DNA of 64,000 bases from Babesia bigemina (lineage: Eukaryota). The position numbers and the translations under genes were made by a program. Shown in pieces: positions 11,860 through 24,647 of the stretch. How positions within the stretch are numbered: position 1 is the stretch's first letter; each line of letters starts with the position of its first letter. Below the pieces are notes generated by a model. The model did no database searches, was not told the DNA's origin, and worked only from the letters and a program-made list of their open reading frames with translations. The stretch is taken from contig NC_027218.1 in the NCBI RefSeq assembly GCF_000981445.1, positions 310,001 to 374,000 on the forward strand, written 5' to 3'.

Positions 11860-12698
11860 TCATATATTTCTGTTGGAGTTGACGTCGAATCGTCTGCTCC
11901 GTAGAACGCGCAAGGACCGGAGTTTCTCTGACTCAAGGCGTATTTGTTCGTTAGTTTTTTTGTTATCAACTCTTCCGAAAGAAATAAGCTTGTTCCTAAA
12001 CAACTCAGCGGCGCTTTTGGCTCGATGGAACCCATAAGAGCATTTAAACCATCTCGAGCGGTGCAATCCGTTCTCGAACCAGTGCGTCGACCACACTTGC
12101 AACCTACAAAACAATCAGGAAATACAATACTGGACCATGGCACAAGGTGTTTCCATCATCACGTTTCGAAAAAAACTTTAAAACAACTTTCCCTGTCAGC
12201 AAAAGGGAACAACTAACGTAACGAATGTTACCTGTGATAATATGTTACACATCCAGCACTTGAAATATTGTTAGGAACTGGGTTGGCCAGGACGTTATAT
12301 TTTCTCGTTCTCCACGCCTTCTCCTTGCCGGCTAAAGTGTAAGGGAAGTCTGAACCCAAGAAATCACCGCTACGAGTAGCTTCGTCTGTCTATACAATTT
12401 GATTACACCGCTTTATAAAAGTAACGATTATAAGGTGCAAAATTCATTGTTATTCCTTACCAAATCGTTATAGAAGTTCTTAGGAATATATACTTGTTGG
12501 CCTCGGGGCATCGCAGTTGCATACCGAGAAATTAATCCAAGCTGTTCGGGATCTGACGTTGTTGAAAATATATAGCGTCAGCAACTTACGTGAGACGTAG
12601 GGATGGATGACTTCCTTTGTGCCCTGCTTGTAGCTTCTTGTCGAAAAACACCTACAAAAGCGCTCGGCACCGCCTCCCCAAAATTTTAAAGATATCAT
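11860..12698 (-). CDS. small AP2-domain protein, possibly mitochondrial; 4 exons
   Basis: Spliced product MISLKFWGGGAERFCRCFSTRSY...|...NFYNDL|TDEATRSGDFLG...AGCVTYYHR|LQVWSTHWFENGLHRSRWFKCSYGFHRAKSAAELFRNKL...*. The W-x3-W-x-ENG...F-x3-YGFxxAKxxAxxFR pattern is ApiAP2-like. Confidence 0.7.
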
Positions 12699-14736
12699 GT
12701 GCGAGAATGTTCAGCGTTATAGTGAATTGCGCAATTTCGCACATGGCGACAGTCGTCTGCTGCTGTCTAACAGATTTTCCCACGATACATTTTCTGTATG
12801 ATTTAAGGCCAGATTGTGACCTAATGACACGTCGAATATGATATATAGGCCGTCTCTAATAATGAGTTGAGGGGAATAAGCCAATGCACACCACCCTCGT
12901 GAGGCTCCGGGGAAATCCGTAATGCCAATGTGTAATACGCAATTCTATCACCAATTATTATTTATTCATATACTTCCACTGGCATTAACACATTACATCT
13001 GTTAGTTGCGTATCGCGCGTATTTGGGCACGCCGCAGGCGAGGTTTTATGCCACGAATTCTTCAGTAACCGGCGCCATTACGTACCACACGGGGTATGAA
13101 GATTTCAATGATTCTATAAAATTAATAATTTGCCGGGGCGCACATACGCCATTATGTTATCAGCATGTTTGACTACGCTATAATATTTTTATTGCCTTGC
13201 AGGGAAATAGGTACGTCGACGCCCCGCGTAAGGATGACTGTGTTTGACAGAGCACTTCAATAATTACAGTACCGCTTTTATAATGAATATTGAACCGGGT
13301 TCAGCGGATGCAACGTTGTTATTCGATATTTTTACCGAATAAAATTGCCTACGCGGTGCAATTACCATAAAGTACTTACACTCCGTGAAGCAGTTATAGA
13401 TTCAGACACACGCCATCACATAACTTTGCAAAACATAAGCGGTTATGATTACACCGCCATCCCACCGAGGGTACGGATCTACCCTCCAACCATAATACGC
13501 GCGGCTAGTCGTTGCCGCCTTAAGTTCATGCCACGAACTTTATTGAGAACCTGCGGCGACGTCTCTGCGAAATGACAGCGAACCTACATAATGCGCTGTT
13601 CGAAGATTTAGGCATAGCTTATGTAGATAAAAGTTCGTGCGGTAGGTGTTTTGAAAGATAGGCATAATCCTAGGGCCCGGGACAACTCTGTATGCAAACG
13701 GCGAAGATATATACACCAACAACAGACACATTTGATTATAATTTGAATATGTATAACGTAAATGGGAAGCATTCTTGAGTCATACTAAACAAGAATGGTC
13801 GAGTTATCCTATTGATTTAAAAAAATCCCAGCCACAGATGGTTTGTACCACATAATCGCCAATCGTATTCAATAAATAATCAAAAATCCCCTGTAGTTGT
13901 AAAATGCTTCTAATATAATCGTGTTTTGTCGAGACATGCTAGATTTTAGTGCCAGTTTTTTTTATTTCCTTGAAGGCGCCGCACGTATTTGTTTGGTTAC
14001 TTCAAATAGATTTAGCGATTGTGAATCACAGGCATAGAAAGCAAGTCTAAGATTCAGTACAATTGTAAGCAACGCCACCGCCTTGCAAGAATACCGAAGC
14101 CGAAGTAATCAACCACCTCACAAAATATTCAGCCTGATTATATAATAGCGTAGTTGTTTCATGTTGTATCACAATTAACTGCAAAGGGTGCGCGTCGCAT
14201 AAACATCCGGTCATGTAGCTTGGAATGCCGTGCGTTGAATGTCTTCCATTTTAAACTGGGTATCAACAAATAGGAGTGTATTACATGCTCTGCATTTCAT
14301 AGAGCAACGAAGTACTATGAAACAATCATGGAAAGCAATATAATATCGAATCTGATTTGATGAGTACGGATGATTACGCATAGCGAATAGTAGCACACAA
14401 CCTTTAAAAGAGACACGCAGCTCCGTTTTAACGCCACATATATCGTATTTACGATGCTAATAACAACATAGAACACCACCATGAAGCAGCAACACGTATA
14501 ACTATACTGGTAACTTCTTCATTGTAACTACAGTCACAAATCATATAAATATCCATTCTTTGACATATATTAGACGTAAGTATGGCTGTTATATTATAGG
14601 AATAGTTACATAATATATTTCGAGATTATGATCCCATCATTGTCTGTAATCTTAAGTTTAAGATAGTTGCCAGTGGCATACTTTGACGAAGGAGGTTATT
14701 ATGGATTTGAGTATAATATTTAGCACCTGTATAGCG

Positions 14737-14810
14737 GGTCCTGTAGCTCAGTCGGTTAGAGCGTACGGCTAATAACCGTAAGGTCGGCGGTTCGAGCCCG
14801 CCCGGGACCA
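14737..14810 (+). tRNA. tRNA-Ile(AAT)
   Basis: Acceptor stem GGTCCTG/CGGGACC-A, D arm GCTCAGTCGGTTAGAGC, anticodon arm TACGG-CTAATAA-CCGTA, T-loop GGTTCGAGCCC. Followed by a TTTTT Pol III terminator. Confidence 0.97.
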
Positions 14811-14879
14811 CTTTTTGCGAAACCAGATAGCGTCGATGTTTGTCTACACATCCGTCATTATATTTACTTAAAGTTAATA

Positions 14880-16577
14880 ATGATAGCTTATAATACGTGT
14901 TCGCCTCCCAATTTTGTTTCGTATTGTAACGATCGTCTGAGGAGTTTTTTGCCCGTTTTCCTTGATATCGCTACCGCCGAAATAAAATCCTACGACATAT
15001 CAGATGATGACCTTGCTTACTATTCTAACGCAATACAGTACAATTTGCAGGGTACGTCTTATGTGTTATGAGGTTTGCATCAATTTTTTTTTGTCTATAA
15101 TACGCTATATCATCCTTGCCATCATCACCTCCATCCTTACTTCATGATATTAATAGGAGGAAAACTCATACGAGGTACATTGGTTGTATTAACAACGCGT
15201 TCGTTATTGGGAGATGGGATGACAGAGCATTATTGGCACGAAGCCCTTGTCTTGGGTAACCATTTATGTATTTGTATATATCAAACACAGGATGGTGTGT
15301 AGAACTTCTACAAACAGCATTCCTTGTGGCTGATGACATTATGGACAAGAGTATTATGCGAAGATCGAACGTTTGCTGGTTGGTTTGAATCCATTGTTGC
15401 CTTTCGAAGGTATTTATTATCTGGTTTCGGATAGTACCACACTCTTTGACCGACGACATATGCTGTATTCCAATCGTCAATCTAGTGTTAGGTACATGGT
15501 CCCAACGGTTGGCATTTCAAATGCCGTGAACGACACCATGTTTCTGAATACCTTAGTTCATCGGTAAGTCTTGTCCGTCGTGTCTGTGGCGTTTATAAAA
15601 TTACTAGTTACAACACCTTTCAGCATAATCGCCAACCAATTGAAAGACAGTAAACATCTGGTGACCGTCATGAATCTATTCACGGAGGTTTCGATGATTA
15701 CCATTCTTGGCCAACACATGGACACATACGACGCCATGGATGCCTCAGTATTCGACACTCCTACAGGGGCTACATCACTGTATTATCGCATTTGCAAGAA
15801 TAAAACCGCGTATTATACTTTTTTTTTGCCAATGAAGCTCGGTATGTTGCCATGTTTATTTCCGCTATGTGGACCTGCACCCTGTGGTGTGGCCACACTA
15901 TAGCGAATGCCATCAAGTTGTGACACAGCGCAGTAGCAAGCGATCCACATAGAATTCATGATAAATGAAACAAACATACATATGTTGTATTTTTTACTTC
16001 ACCGATAATAGGGATGATTATATCAGGAATCGATCAAGGCAACATAAACTACAGCAAGCTGGAATCAGTTTCATCACTGTTAGGACACTTGTTCCAGGTT
16101 TGGCCAAGATCCATGATGACATAGACGTTAAGGCGCAAGACGACTATCTGGATTGTTACAGTGATCCAGGTTGCAGTGGCAAGGAGGGTACCGACATACA
16201 AACAAAGAAGTGTACGTGGCTCCTTGCGACAGTAAGCGTTTTGATATTCTAACAATGTATTAAAGGCGATACACGTGGGCGACAAATCTCATTTGCAAAC
16301 CATCAAAGAGAATATTGGTAAAGACAATAAGGATAATGTGGAGGTCGTGAAAAAAATATACAACGATCTAAAGCTGCCTCACTTGTTCAAAGTATATACA
16401 CAAGATCTCAAGTGCAACATACAGAGGTAAGGTAACGGGTCTAGCTATCAGATGGTGCAGCCAAATCAATGACATAGGAAGCAAGGGTAGGCAATTAGAA
16501 TGTGCTCCATTAAATGCGCAGAATTAGCTTTTGTTTTACAATGGTCCCTTGACACCATTGTGAACAGGAAAAAGTGA
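14880..16577 (+). CDS. FPPS: farnesyl/geranylgeranyl diphosphate synthase, multi-exon
   Basis: GGKLIRG; first aspartate-rich motif [41 protein letters not shown]; second motif QDDYLD...[16 protein letters not shown]-terminus IVNRKK*. Confidence 0.95.
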
Positions 16578-16602
16578 ATGCAGTAACGTAATCAGTACGT
16601 CA

Positions 16603-17167
16603 CTATTCAACAATTTTCTTAGCTTTAGACGCCTTTGCCGAAGGGAGCTGCGTCCCAAGAGCCTTTGAGAGCTTTTGTAGAATGGACCCGTTAGGGATGG
16701 CCTAAATGAGGATGAGCGCCATTGAATATACGACAAGCTACACTTACAGAGCCGTTTTCATACTCTTTTACGATCGCTTCAGGCTCGTTTATGAGGCGAG
16801 CAAGGGATTGCTGGGTGAGACCCTTGGCCAACCTTGCTTTTTGTAATGCTTGCCTAAAATGAAATTCAATACGTTCAATCCTAAAGTTCTCAGTTTCGTT
16901 TTCAATTTTTGCGGCACTACGACAAATTGATGATTGCGCACATAAACACACTTCGTTGGTATGTAGGCTTTGCTCGATCTGTTTTGTCCACCCAAAACTA
17001 AAAGGAAATATAACTTAGATACTGGAGACATCCCGCTTACATTTCTTTTCGGTAGCTATGTCCTCCCCGGCCCGCCTTGCTTTGTTCAACGCGGCTTCCT
17101 TATGGGCACCTTTGTATGACTCCCTCTTCGCCCATACAACCGGCGTCCAATCTTGATGTGAAGCCAT
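16603..17167 (-). CDS. MBF1: multiprotein bridging factor 1, 3 or more exons
   Basis: MASHQDWTPVVW...ALNKARRAG...; AAKIENETE; ALQKARLAKGLTQQSLARLINE (HTH); YENGS|AIPNGSILQKLSKALG...KKIVE*. Confidence 0.93.
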
Positions 17168-17331
17168 TTTAAAGAATACAAATTTGTACGAAAATTGACG
17201 GTGTATCGAACAATTTGGCACCCTAACGACGTGGCGTCAAATAGGTGGGAGGCCTTAACCCCAATGCACTTATAATATGCACGCAATACACAAAGCACCG
17301 TTTTGAATCTAAGTTATACGTTAACGTACTC

Positions 17332-18687
17332 CTAGTTTTGGTTTGGCTGATGGTTAAGGATGGATTTTTTTTCTTCTGAGGAGACAATGTAAAGCACAGC
17401 ATTAGTAATTTACCTCGGCTATAGTGATTCCGCAAGAAGTATGCCATTTTATGATCCGTTGACCTTTTCCGTTGCTCACTTATTTCGTCAATAGCGATCT
17501 TAACGTTGTTTGTCGGTTGGTTGATTAGTTGACATATTCGTTTGAATTGTAACCCTTCCCTCCCCTCTTCGGTTTGGAATATTTTGCATAGACTCATTTT
17601 CAACTCATCCATATCCATGATTTCACGTTTGTGACCTGCAAAATGATAAAGATTGGAGGCAACGCACTTGGTATTCAGCTGCAGGCAAACATGTGATATG
17701 CACTTGATATTGACATCTACCGCGATGTTCATCGCCAAGCATCAATGCCCACAGATACAATTGATGGGTAAGATAAATTACCTTTAGTCTTAGATCTTGA
17801 GTAAGGCGTGTCCTGCTTGGAGGGTACATAATCGGCCCCTGCACCGTGAGCAATGGTAGAAGCACCTTCCGCATTAGGATTGTAGTATTTAAACAACTGC
17901 ACGAATCATATTTCATAAATACCTTCTACCTACCGTTGCAGACCTGTCATTGTTTGGTTCACTCCTTGCTTCGTGTGCTGTTCCTCTCGCTGAGCACGTG
18001 GTGAGCATATATGCATACGCATAGGATACCCTTATGAATGTTGGTCACAATATGGCGTTCTTTAATCTCCTAAAAAACTTATAAAGCTCGACACATAGCT
18101 TACGCTTTTGTAGAGCGAATCTAATTTAGGGTAGATGGTAAGGCTTCTTTTAAATCTTCCCATTGATTCGATAGGAGCGTTCGCATCTCTGATTTGTACT
18201 GCCATTGGGCAGCTAAGATGATTCGCTCGACTTAAGAAACGACGCTGCTTGCCTTCAAACTTCACCAAAAGTTCGTCGATGGTACCCTGAATGCTCATTC
18301 AGACACACCCACTGTAAATCGCACCAACTACTTATGGCAACGGCAACTAAACACCATGCCGCACATATCCACTATAACCTTCATTATTTCAACTATTCAT
18401 GACACCGCACAATTGGCTCCACTTAGATACAGATACAACAGATCATATCACGAAAATACAAACAACGTAAATGGGCTAACATCTTGTTATATCCCGCGTA
18501 GCCACGTCGTTAGAGCAAACTTACATCATCATTTTTCTTTAAATAACCCATATAGGACTGGTTTTCGCTTTCTCGCCAGTGGTTGGCAAGAAATTTGGGG
18601 ACCTGAGTGCTAGTAAAGCTGAGTATGGAGGAATGCCAGTACCTTGATCAAGGTGATCTCGCTGTTAGGATCGCAATGGTCACCCAT
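17332..18687 (-). CDS. GTF2F2: TFIIF beta subunit (RAP30)-like, multi-exon
   Basis: The N-terminus ITLIK|VPKFLANHWRE resembles RAP30 WLVKVPKYLSQQW. The C-terminal segment MDMDELKMSLCKIF...FKRICQLINQPTNNVKIAIDEISE resembles the RAP30 winged helix. Confidence 0.7.
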
Positions 18688-19838
18688 TTTAGTACATTGG
18701 ATCAGTAGCTTTGTCAATAAGAACATATAGGGGCGAATGAACTGTTTCTCTGGTCAGTTTCCCATGATTTCATATTGTTCCAGTTACCATACAACATAGC
18801 CGACGGCATTACTTTTAAAAAACAGAGAGCTAAAAAATATACACATAATAAATTAACACACATATCCACAAATGTTTTACTGGACACTGTCTTCCACTGT
18901 AGATGAGCATCCGCGTTCACGCCAAAGTCCCCGGTTAGCGAATGAAGAGATAGAACGTTATAAACAATATGCAGTTTCCATTGGCTAGCTGGAAATTATA
19001 CAGTCTATCGCGTGACTTTTGGAAGTGTAACATAAACTGGGTTATTACCTTTGTGTAGATTGCCTGCCTAAAAATCTGTATAGTACGCGTCGCGTACTAG
19101 AACACCTGTTGCGGCACTAATACATTTGGGTATGAACTACTGCTGTACAGAAGTTCAACATAGATGTTATATGAATCGGCTTTTGAGACATTGAAGTACC
19201 CGTTTCCATAGGTTGTAATACCCGCCTTAGATCGGTATTTGCCGTCCCGTTGAGTTCTATACAATTTTTGCTTGATGAATCGGCAGACTGCTACATGTTT
19301 GTCGTAATATGCTGCTTCACATATGATTATATTGCACAGAACGTGTTACCTTTTGCTAGAGATACATAATGTAACTTCACTGACGTCAGACAGTGATAAG
19401 TGAACCTACTTACACCCCTATTACCGTTATTTCACGTAACTCATGCGAATAGCCCGAGAGTATCAAATGGCATAACTTCAGGAAGACATATTTTTAATGT
19501 GGTACGCAGTATCGTTAACCCAAGTGAGCTCCATGGGCACCGTCAAGATTCGGAGAGTATTCGAGTGGCCACTCTCATCGATAATGATAATTACACCTGC
19601 AGATCGATCATTAATAATACAAATTATATGAATCTCCGTTCGTCTTTCTGTTGTCGCATAATTGTGATTCTATATACAGAAGGTAATCGTGAACAACGAA
19701 GTTTCTGGAAACCACCTCTACAGCCACACACCGTCTTATATTCAACAAATACATAACAATAATCAACAATGGATAAATCGATTGTGAGCCGCCTTGTGAG
19801 GCACTCTGTATAGAAGACTTGAAATTGCAAATAATCGC

Positions 19839-19841
<3 letters not shown>

Positions 19842-19876
<35 letters not shown>
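19842..19876. repeat. (TA)n microsatellite
   Basis: 35-nt perfect TA run. Confidence 0.95.
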
Positions 19877-19879
<3 letters not shown>

Positions 19880-20729
19880 CGTGGTTGAAAACTCGGTTTA
19901 AACATGACAAGTTACCAAATAAGACAATTTAAACATTCCTAATTCACCTAGATTCAATGATTATCCTGTCACCTCTTCCCCTCTCAAGCACGGTTACGTG
20001 ATGTACAATCAGTTGCAAGATGGTGTTAGAGTATGATCCGGGTTTATTGATTAATCGTTCGAATTGTGAGACTACTTAAATCCTTTCACCTTATAAAATC
20101 ATATGACCGGTTTTTAAATAATAGGATTGTTTTCCCAATTATTGTGATGGTTTTGCTTTCCACTCCACGTCCTGGTGAATATCGGTAGCGCTGGCTTTTA
20201 TGCAGACAATAATCTGAAGAATTATTGCACCTTTACACCCAACGTCGATTTACGTCTTTGGCGTCTTGCCACTATGCATGGATTCATCGTTTCAAGCCTC
20301 AAACAGCGATGCCAACACATTACGTTGCGCCTACGCGACTTTATTTGAAACAAAAATAACTGCGAACTAATTTTAAACTTTGACTTAGTAGATACGTCTA
20401 TGAAAAATTAAATGGATTTCTCCTTGCATACAGAACACTTGATAGGCTATTTAAGGTTCGACGCACGGCGGATCCACGGGTTTTATCTCCTATGTTCCAA
20501 AGGAATGAATTACGCGTAGTCACATCGTGATGAACCTTTGCATTTACTTTGTATTAGCAGCGTGTCATCACGCTTGCGTTAATCTGCCCCAACACTTGAA
20601 AGTCTTTGGCCATAATACTAGGCACTTTGAAGTGATCCCACCCACTTTAATTCACCAGCTCATGTTCGCCGCCTATAGGAGTGAACGACATCAAATCAAG
20701 TTCTGCTTGTCGTATAATAACCAGGTTGC

Positions 20730-21836
20730 TTAGGTGCACAGTAACGCAGGTTGCTTTCGTTGAACCAGCGTATATTTACACCCCGGCATACAAAACTCAG
20801 GTGCAGCATGCGCCATGAAAACCAACAAACCCGATGCTACTATGGCTGAGGTAAGGTACGCAGCGCTGTTCTTTTCGTCGTGTAAGCCTCACTCAATTCA
20901 CACGAAGCGTATACCTCACACCATTGCCTCCATGAGACTTGCCGCATGTAACAATCTATCAGCCAATGGCCGAAGATAAGAGAGCACAGCCATGCTCAGC
21001 AGAATGGCACACTTGCGCAGCAGCTCATATAAGATTAAAGTTCATAAGAAACGTCCGGAAATGCGCACAATAGACAGTTGACAATCATTCAGGAGCAACA
21101 GCAACAGTTCTGTGTCAATAAAAGCAAACAAGCAGTTTCAAACGACACATTCCACGTTGCCACTTTGAATTGACCTACAGAAAGACCAAACATATTTGGG
21201 GTTCAGCATCAAATCGATTACAGAAACTGAAATCCCATTAACTGCGTCACAGCACGTCGCATTAAACAAAGCAACTAAGGAAAATTATTCGGTGGTAGTT
21301 TATCGGGAACGTTGCCTCATCTTTCTTCTTTTGCGCTGTAGACGGCGTGTCCTCTTCTTCTTCCACTGAGAACATGATTATCACAGGGCAATGGACGAAC
21401 CTTCCAGCGCATCTTGGCGTGCGCCTTCTTATACCGGCTAGCTCCGTGAGACATTTTGACCTATTTGTCACATTAGACGCCTCAATTACTCGTATACATC
21501 ATAAACACCCGGTAACTATTACAGCCAATGCAACTCCAAAGATGAAAGAGGCTACGTCCGCTTTACAACGAAACACATAAGCAAAGAAGGATTAGTTTAT
21601 TACCACAAATCAATTACAGATGAATTTGATCGAGTGCCGTGTTGCCACGACGACAAACACACAGCCAAAGATACGGACTACGCGTAAACATTGCCGCTGA
21701 GCAGAACTTTTGGGTCCAGTCACGTAAAAAGGCAAACACAGGCATATATTTGATCGACACAACAAACCCACCTAAAACCCTCCTGATTAAACCGAGTGGT
21801 AGTCCATCTTAGACGATGCAAGCCACGTGCCCCATC
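20730..21836 (-). CDS. hypothetical multi-exon membrane protein (boundaries uncertain)
   Basis: MGARGLHRLRWTTTRFNQEGF followed by a GTGGGT donor. Hydrophobic segments ADVASFIFGVALAVIVTG, YHRIIFLSCF and AYLTSAIVASGLLVF are separated by intron-like sequence. Confidence 0.35.
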
Positions 21837-22325
21837 ATTCGTGGGACCTTTGTGTGGTCTGCGAGTCGGCGATGACAAGGTCATGGAGGTTCGTTATGGC
21901 CTTGTAACCCAACTGTTGCGTCACCAATATAACATCGCGTTCACAATAACAAACGTGACCGGAATCTCCGTTAGGGGTTCATTGTGTTCAATTACTTATG
22001 GTTTGAATCGCGCTTTGACGTGAGTTCATTGAACACATACTCATGTAGAATACAGCGCGCCTACGTCTAAAAATGTATAGACTAATTTGATGATTGCGTT
22101 GCTGTCATGTATGACATTTGTTATAGTTGCATAAGCGTTACAACGCTACAACGTTTGCCGCAATTTCCGTTCTTTTGGCGCTGAGTAAAAAAAGCTATAC
22201 GCCGTCTACACATCCGTGTTTTGGGATGGCCACTATAATAAGGGGCACATAGCCGATTGTTTCTGCGGCTTCAGTTTTGTGGGAAGGCGTGAGCGTGCAG
22301 CGGGAGCTGTTCAAGAGGGGGCTTG

Positions 22326-22350
22326 TATATATATATATATATATATATAT
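22326..22350. repeat. (TA)n microsatellite
   Basis: 25-nt perfect TA run in an intergenic region. Confidence 0.95.
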
Positions 22351-22821
22351 GAATGGGCGTTTCGCGTGCGTTGTCATCACTTAGTTTTGTGTGTGTGAAT
22401 GATGATAATATACGCCGATCAAACGGTTATAGACATCGGCCCTCTTGTGCGTGCTATTACGTTTTTGGTCACGGAGCACGCCATTTTCGCCGAAGGCATT
22501 TTCACGGGCACAGCTCCGTCATTTTGCCGTTTTTGATATGTGTTCACTGCAAATGAGCTAATTACGGTGGGCAACAGTTATCTGGATATTGATGAATTGT
22601 CTGATATATGCGAACACGTTGGTACCAGCAACAAATGTAAGTATTCTTTATCTTAACTTCGCTATTTGAGAGTTGTAAACCTCTAAACAAAGGTAGAAAG
22701 GGATGTTTATTCGACATTAGTTGACTGTCTAACTTGATCACAGACATACACAGCGAAGAATTCTACCGAACTAATGGCCAATATTTTGCATTGTAACAAT
22801 AAAGTTGATGCGATACATACC

Positions 22822-24430
22822 ATGAAAAGAGTAGTTTGCGGATCGTCGCTGTCCAATCAGGATGCGCTACTATACGATAGGCAAATTAGACTCTGGGGCA
22901 TAGAAGCTCAACAAAGAATGATGAGCGCACAAGTTTTATTTCTGGGGAAGAATGGAATCCAAGAGGAGGCAATGAAGAATTTGGTCCTCTCTGGTGTAGG
23001 AGTGACACTGGCAAATGACCTATACGTGAACGAAGAAGATGTGAAATACAGCTTCCTTTTGCGCAAATCGGATATAGGGACCAACCATGCTAAGTCATTG
23101 GTTTATAGGTTACGTGAGATGACTGCGGAGAAGCGTAGGATAAATTTCATAACAGATTCCGTGGTGAAAGATGAATACCTGAATGGCGTACACTCGTACA
23201 AAATTGACGAGTCAATAATTGAAGAATTCGAAATAGTATCGTTCGCCGCCGAAAGTTATACACTTCCGAAGATGGTAGGTTCCATATGGCCTGCAGTGGC
23301 TATATAGATAGAAGACAACTTCCCGCTTATATACCTTATACTGCCCGTGATCTGCAGCGCCACTGAGTTCTACACGATACTGACATAAATAGAGCCATTA
23401 TTGATATCAGACTCACGTGAACGACGTATGCCGGCAGAAAGGCGTAGCAGTAATAGCATCCATGGATAATGGAATGCATGGTTTCTTGTTACAGGATCTC
23501 AACACGCATACAGTGTGAGTTGTCTATTCCGTATAATGGGATATGCATCATAACATAGACAAAAGAATATGACTCGGTCAGAAATGTGTGTGCTTATTCC
23601 CTTTTTACGAATCGTATGAATTCCTGTCGCTTGTATACATGTATTGAGGGTTCCATTGCATCAGTTCATCACAGCCATATGCAGCCTAGAAAAAACATCT
23701 AAGGAGGCTGGATCAATTGACATACAATATCGCAGTTTTCGTGAAATATTGAGCGAGGTATCCATTATTATTATTGCATCATCTAAGCGTTTTACAGCCA
23801 AGGTTCCCGAGAAATTGCGACATATCGATCAGGAATGTCATAGGTTATCTATTAATGCAGCGATTGTTCCCACATAGACAAGATATCTCACTTGAAAGTC
23901 CGAGTTTTATGATCCAGTTAAGAGACATATGTGATAGCGTCGGAGGAAGAGAAGCTGATATCATGTGGGTTTGTTCACACAGCATACATGTTTCTGACCG
24001 TTAAGGCATGACACAACCTTTTGTTTTTGCCATTACAGACGCTTTTGGTGTCGAAAGAGTGTTCCTGGGTCCATCACAGTTCTGCCATTGTATATGGACA
24101 CGTTTCGTTGATGATTTGATCGTGTTTACATTAGTATTATAGTAAAACATCATAATAAACGTAGCATGTTTTTTTCGCGTGTGTTACATCTTATGGACTA
24201 TTACCGTGGTATACTCAATACGCAGCTCGTTATATGAGATGAGAGGGAAACGTCTGGCCATCACAAGCGGCATTTTGGGAGGCTATTTGGGTAGTAATAG
24301 CGCTTTTGAATTTGATATTATTTATGCAGCTCTGGAGATAAGGAAATTTATCACCAAGCAACACGAAACCATCCCGAGTTTGTGTGTATTTGATATGGCT
24401 CGGTCCATAGTTACGACGGCGATGTTGTAA
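22822..24430 (+). CDS. AOS1: SUMO-activating enzyme subunit 1 (Aos1/SAE1, ThiF family), multi-exon
   Basis: LLYDRQIRLWGIEAQQRMMSAQVL...EAMKNLVLSGV; NGMHGFLLQDL; ILGGYL..EIRKFIT...LCVFD. Confidence 0.88.
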
Positions 24431-24647
24431 AAGGATTACGCTACTATTAAGTGCCCACAGTCATTAATATAAGCATATAGCCAATACGTACCAGTCGTAA
24501 TACATTCATGGAATCCCGCGCCACCCGTTAAGAGGGTTTCTATATTTTCAATAGGCACATGTATTATCGCAGAGCCGTTCATCACAACTGTTGATAAAAT
24601 TCACCGCTAAAACTTCATGGCGCAATGGAAGCCGTGTTGGGGCCAAT

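Noticed and set aside
12900..14600. Possible small spliced genes on either strand
   Set aside because: Splice-like signals exist, but I could not build a consistent, recognisable product.
18700..20700. Centromere
   Set aside because: Not markedly more AT-rich than other intergenic DNA, and it contains exon-like pieces.
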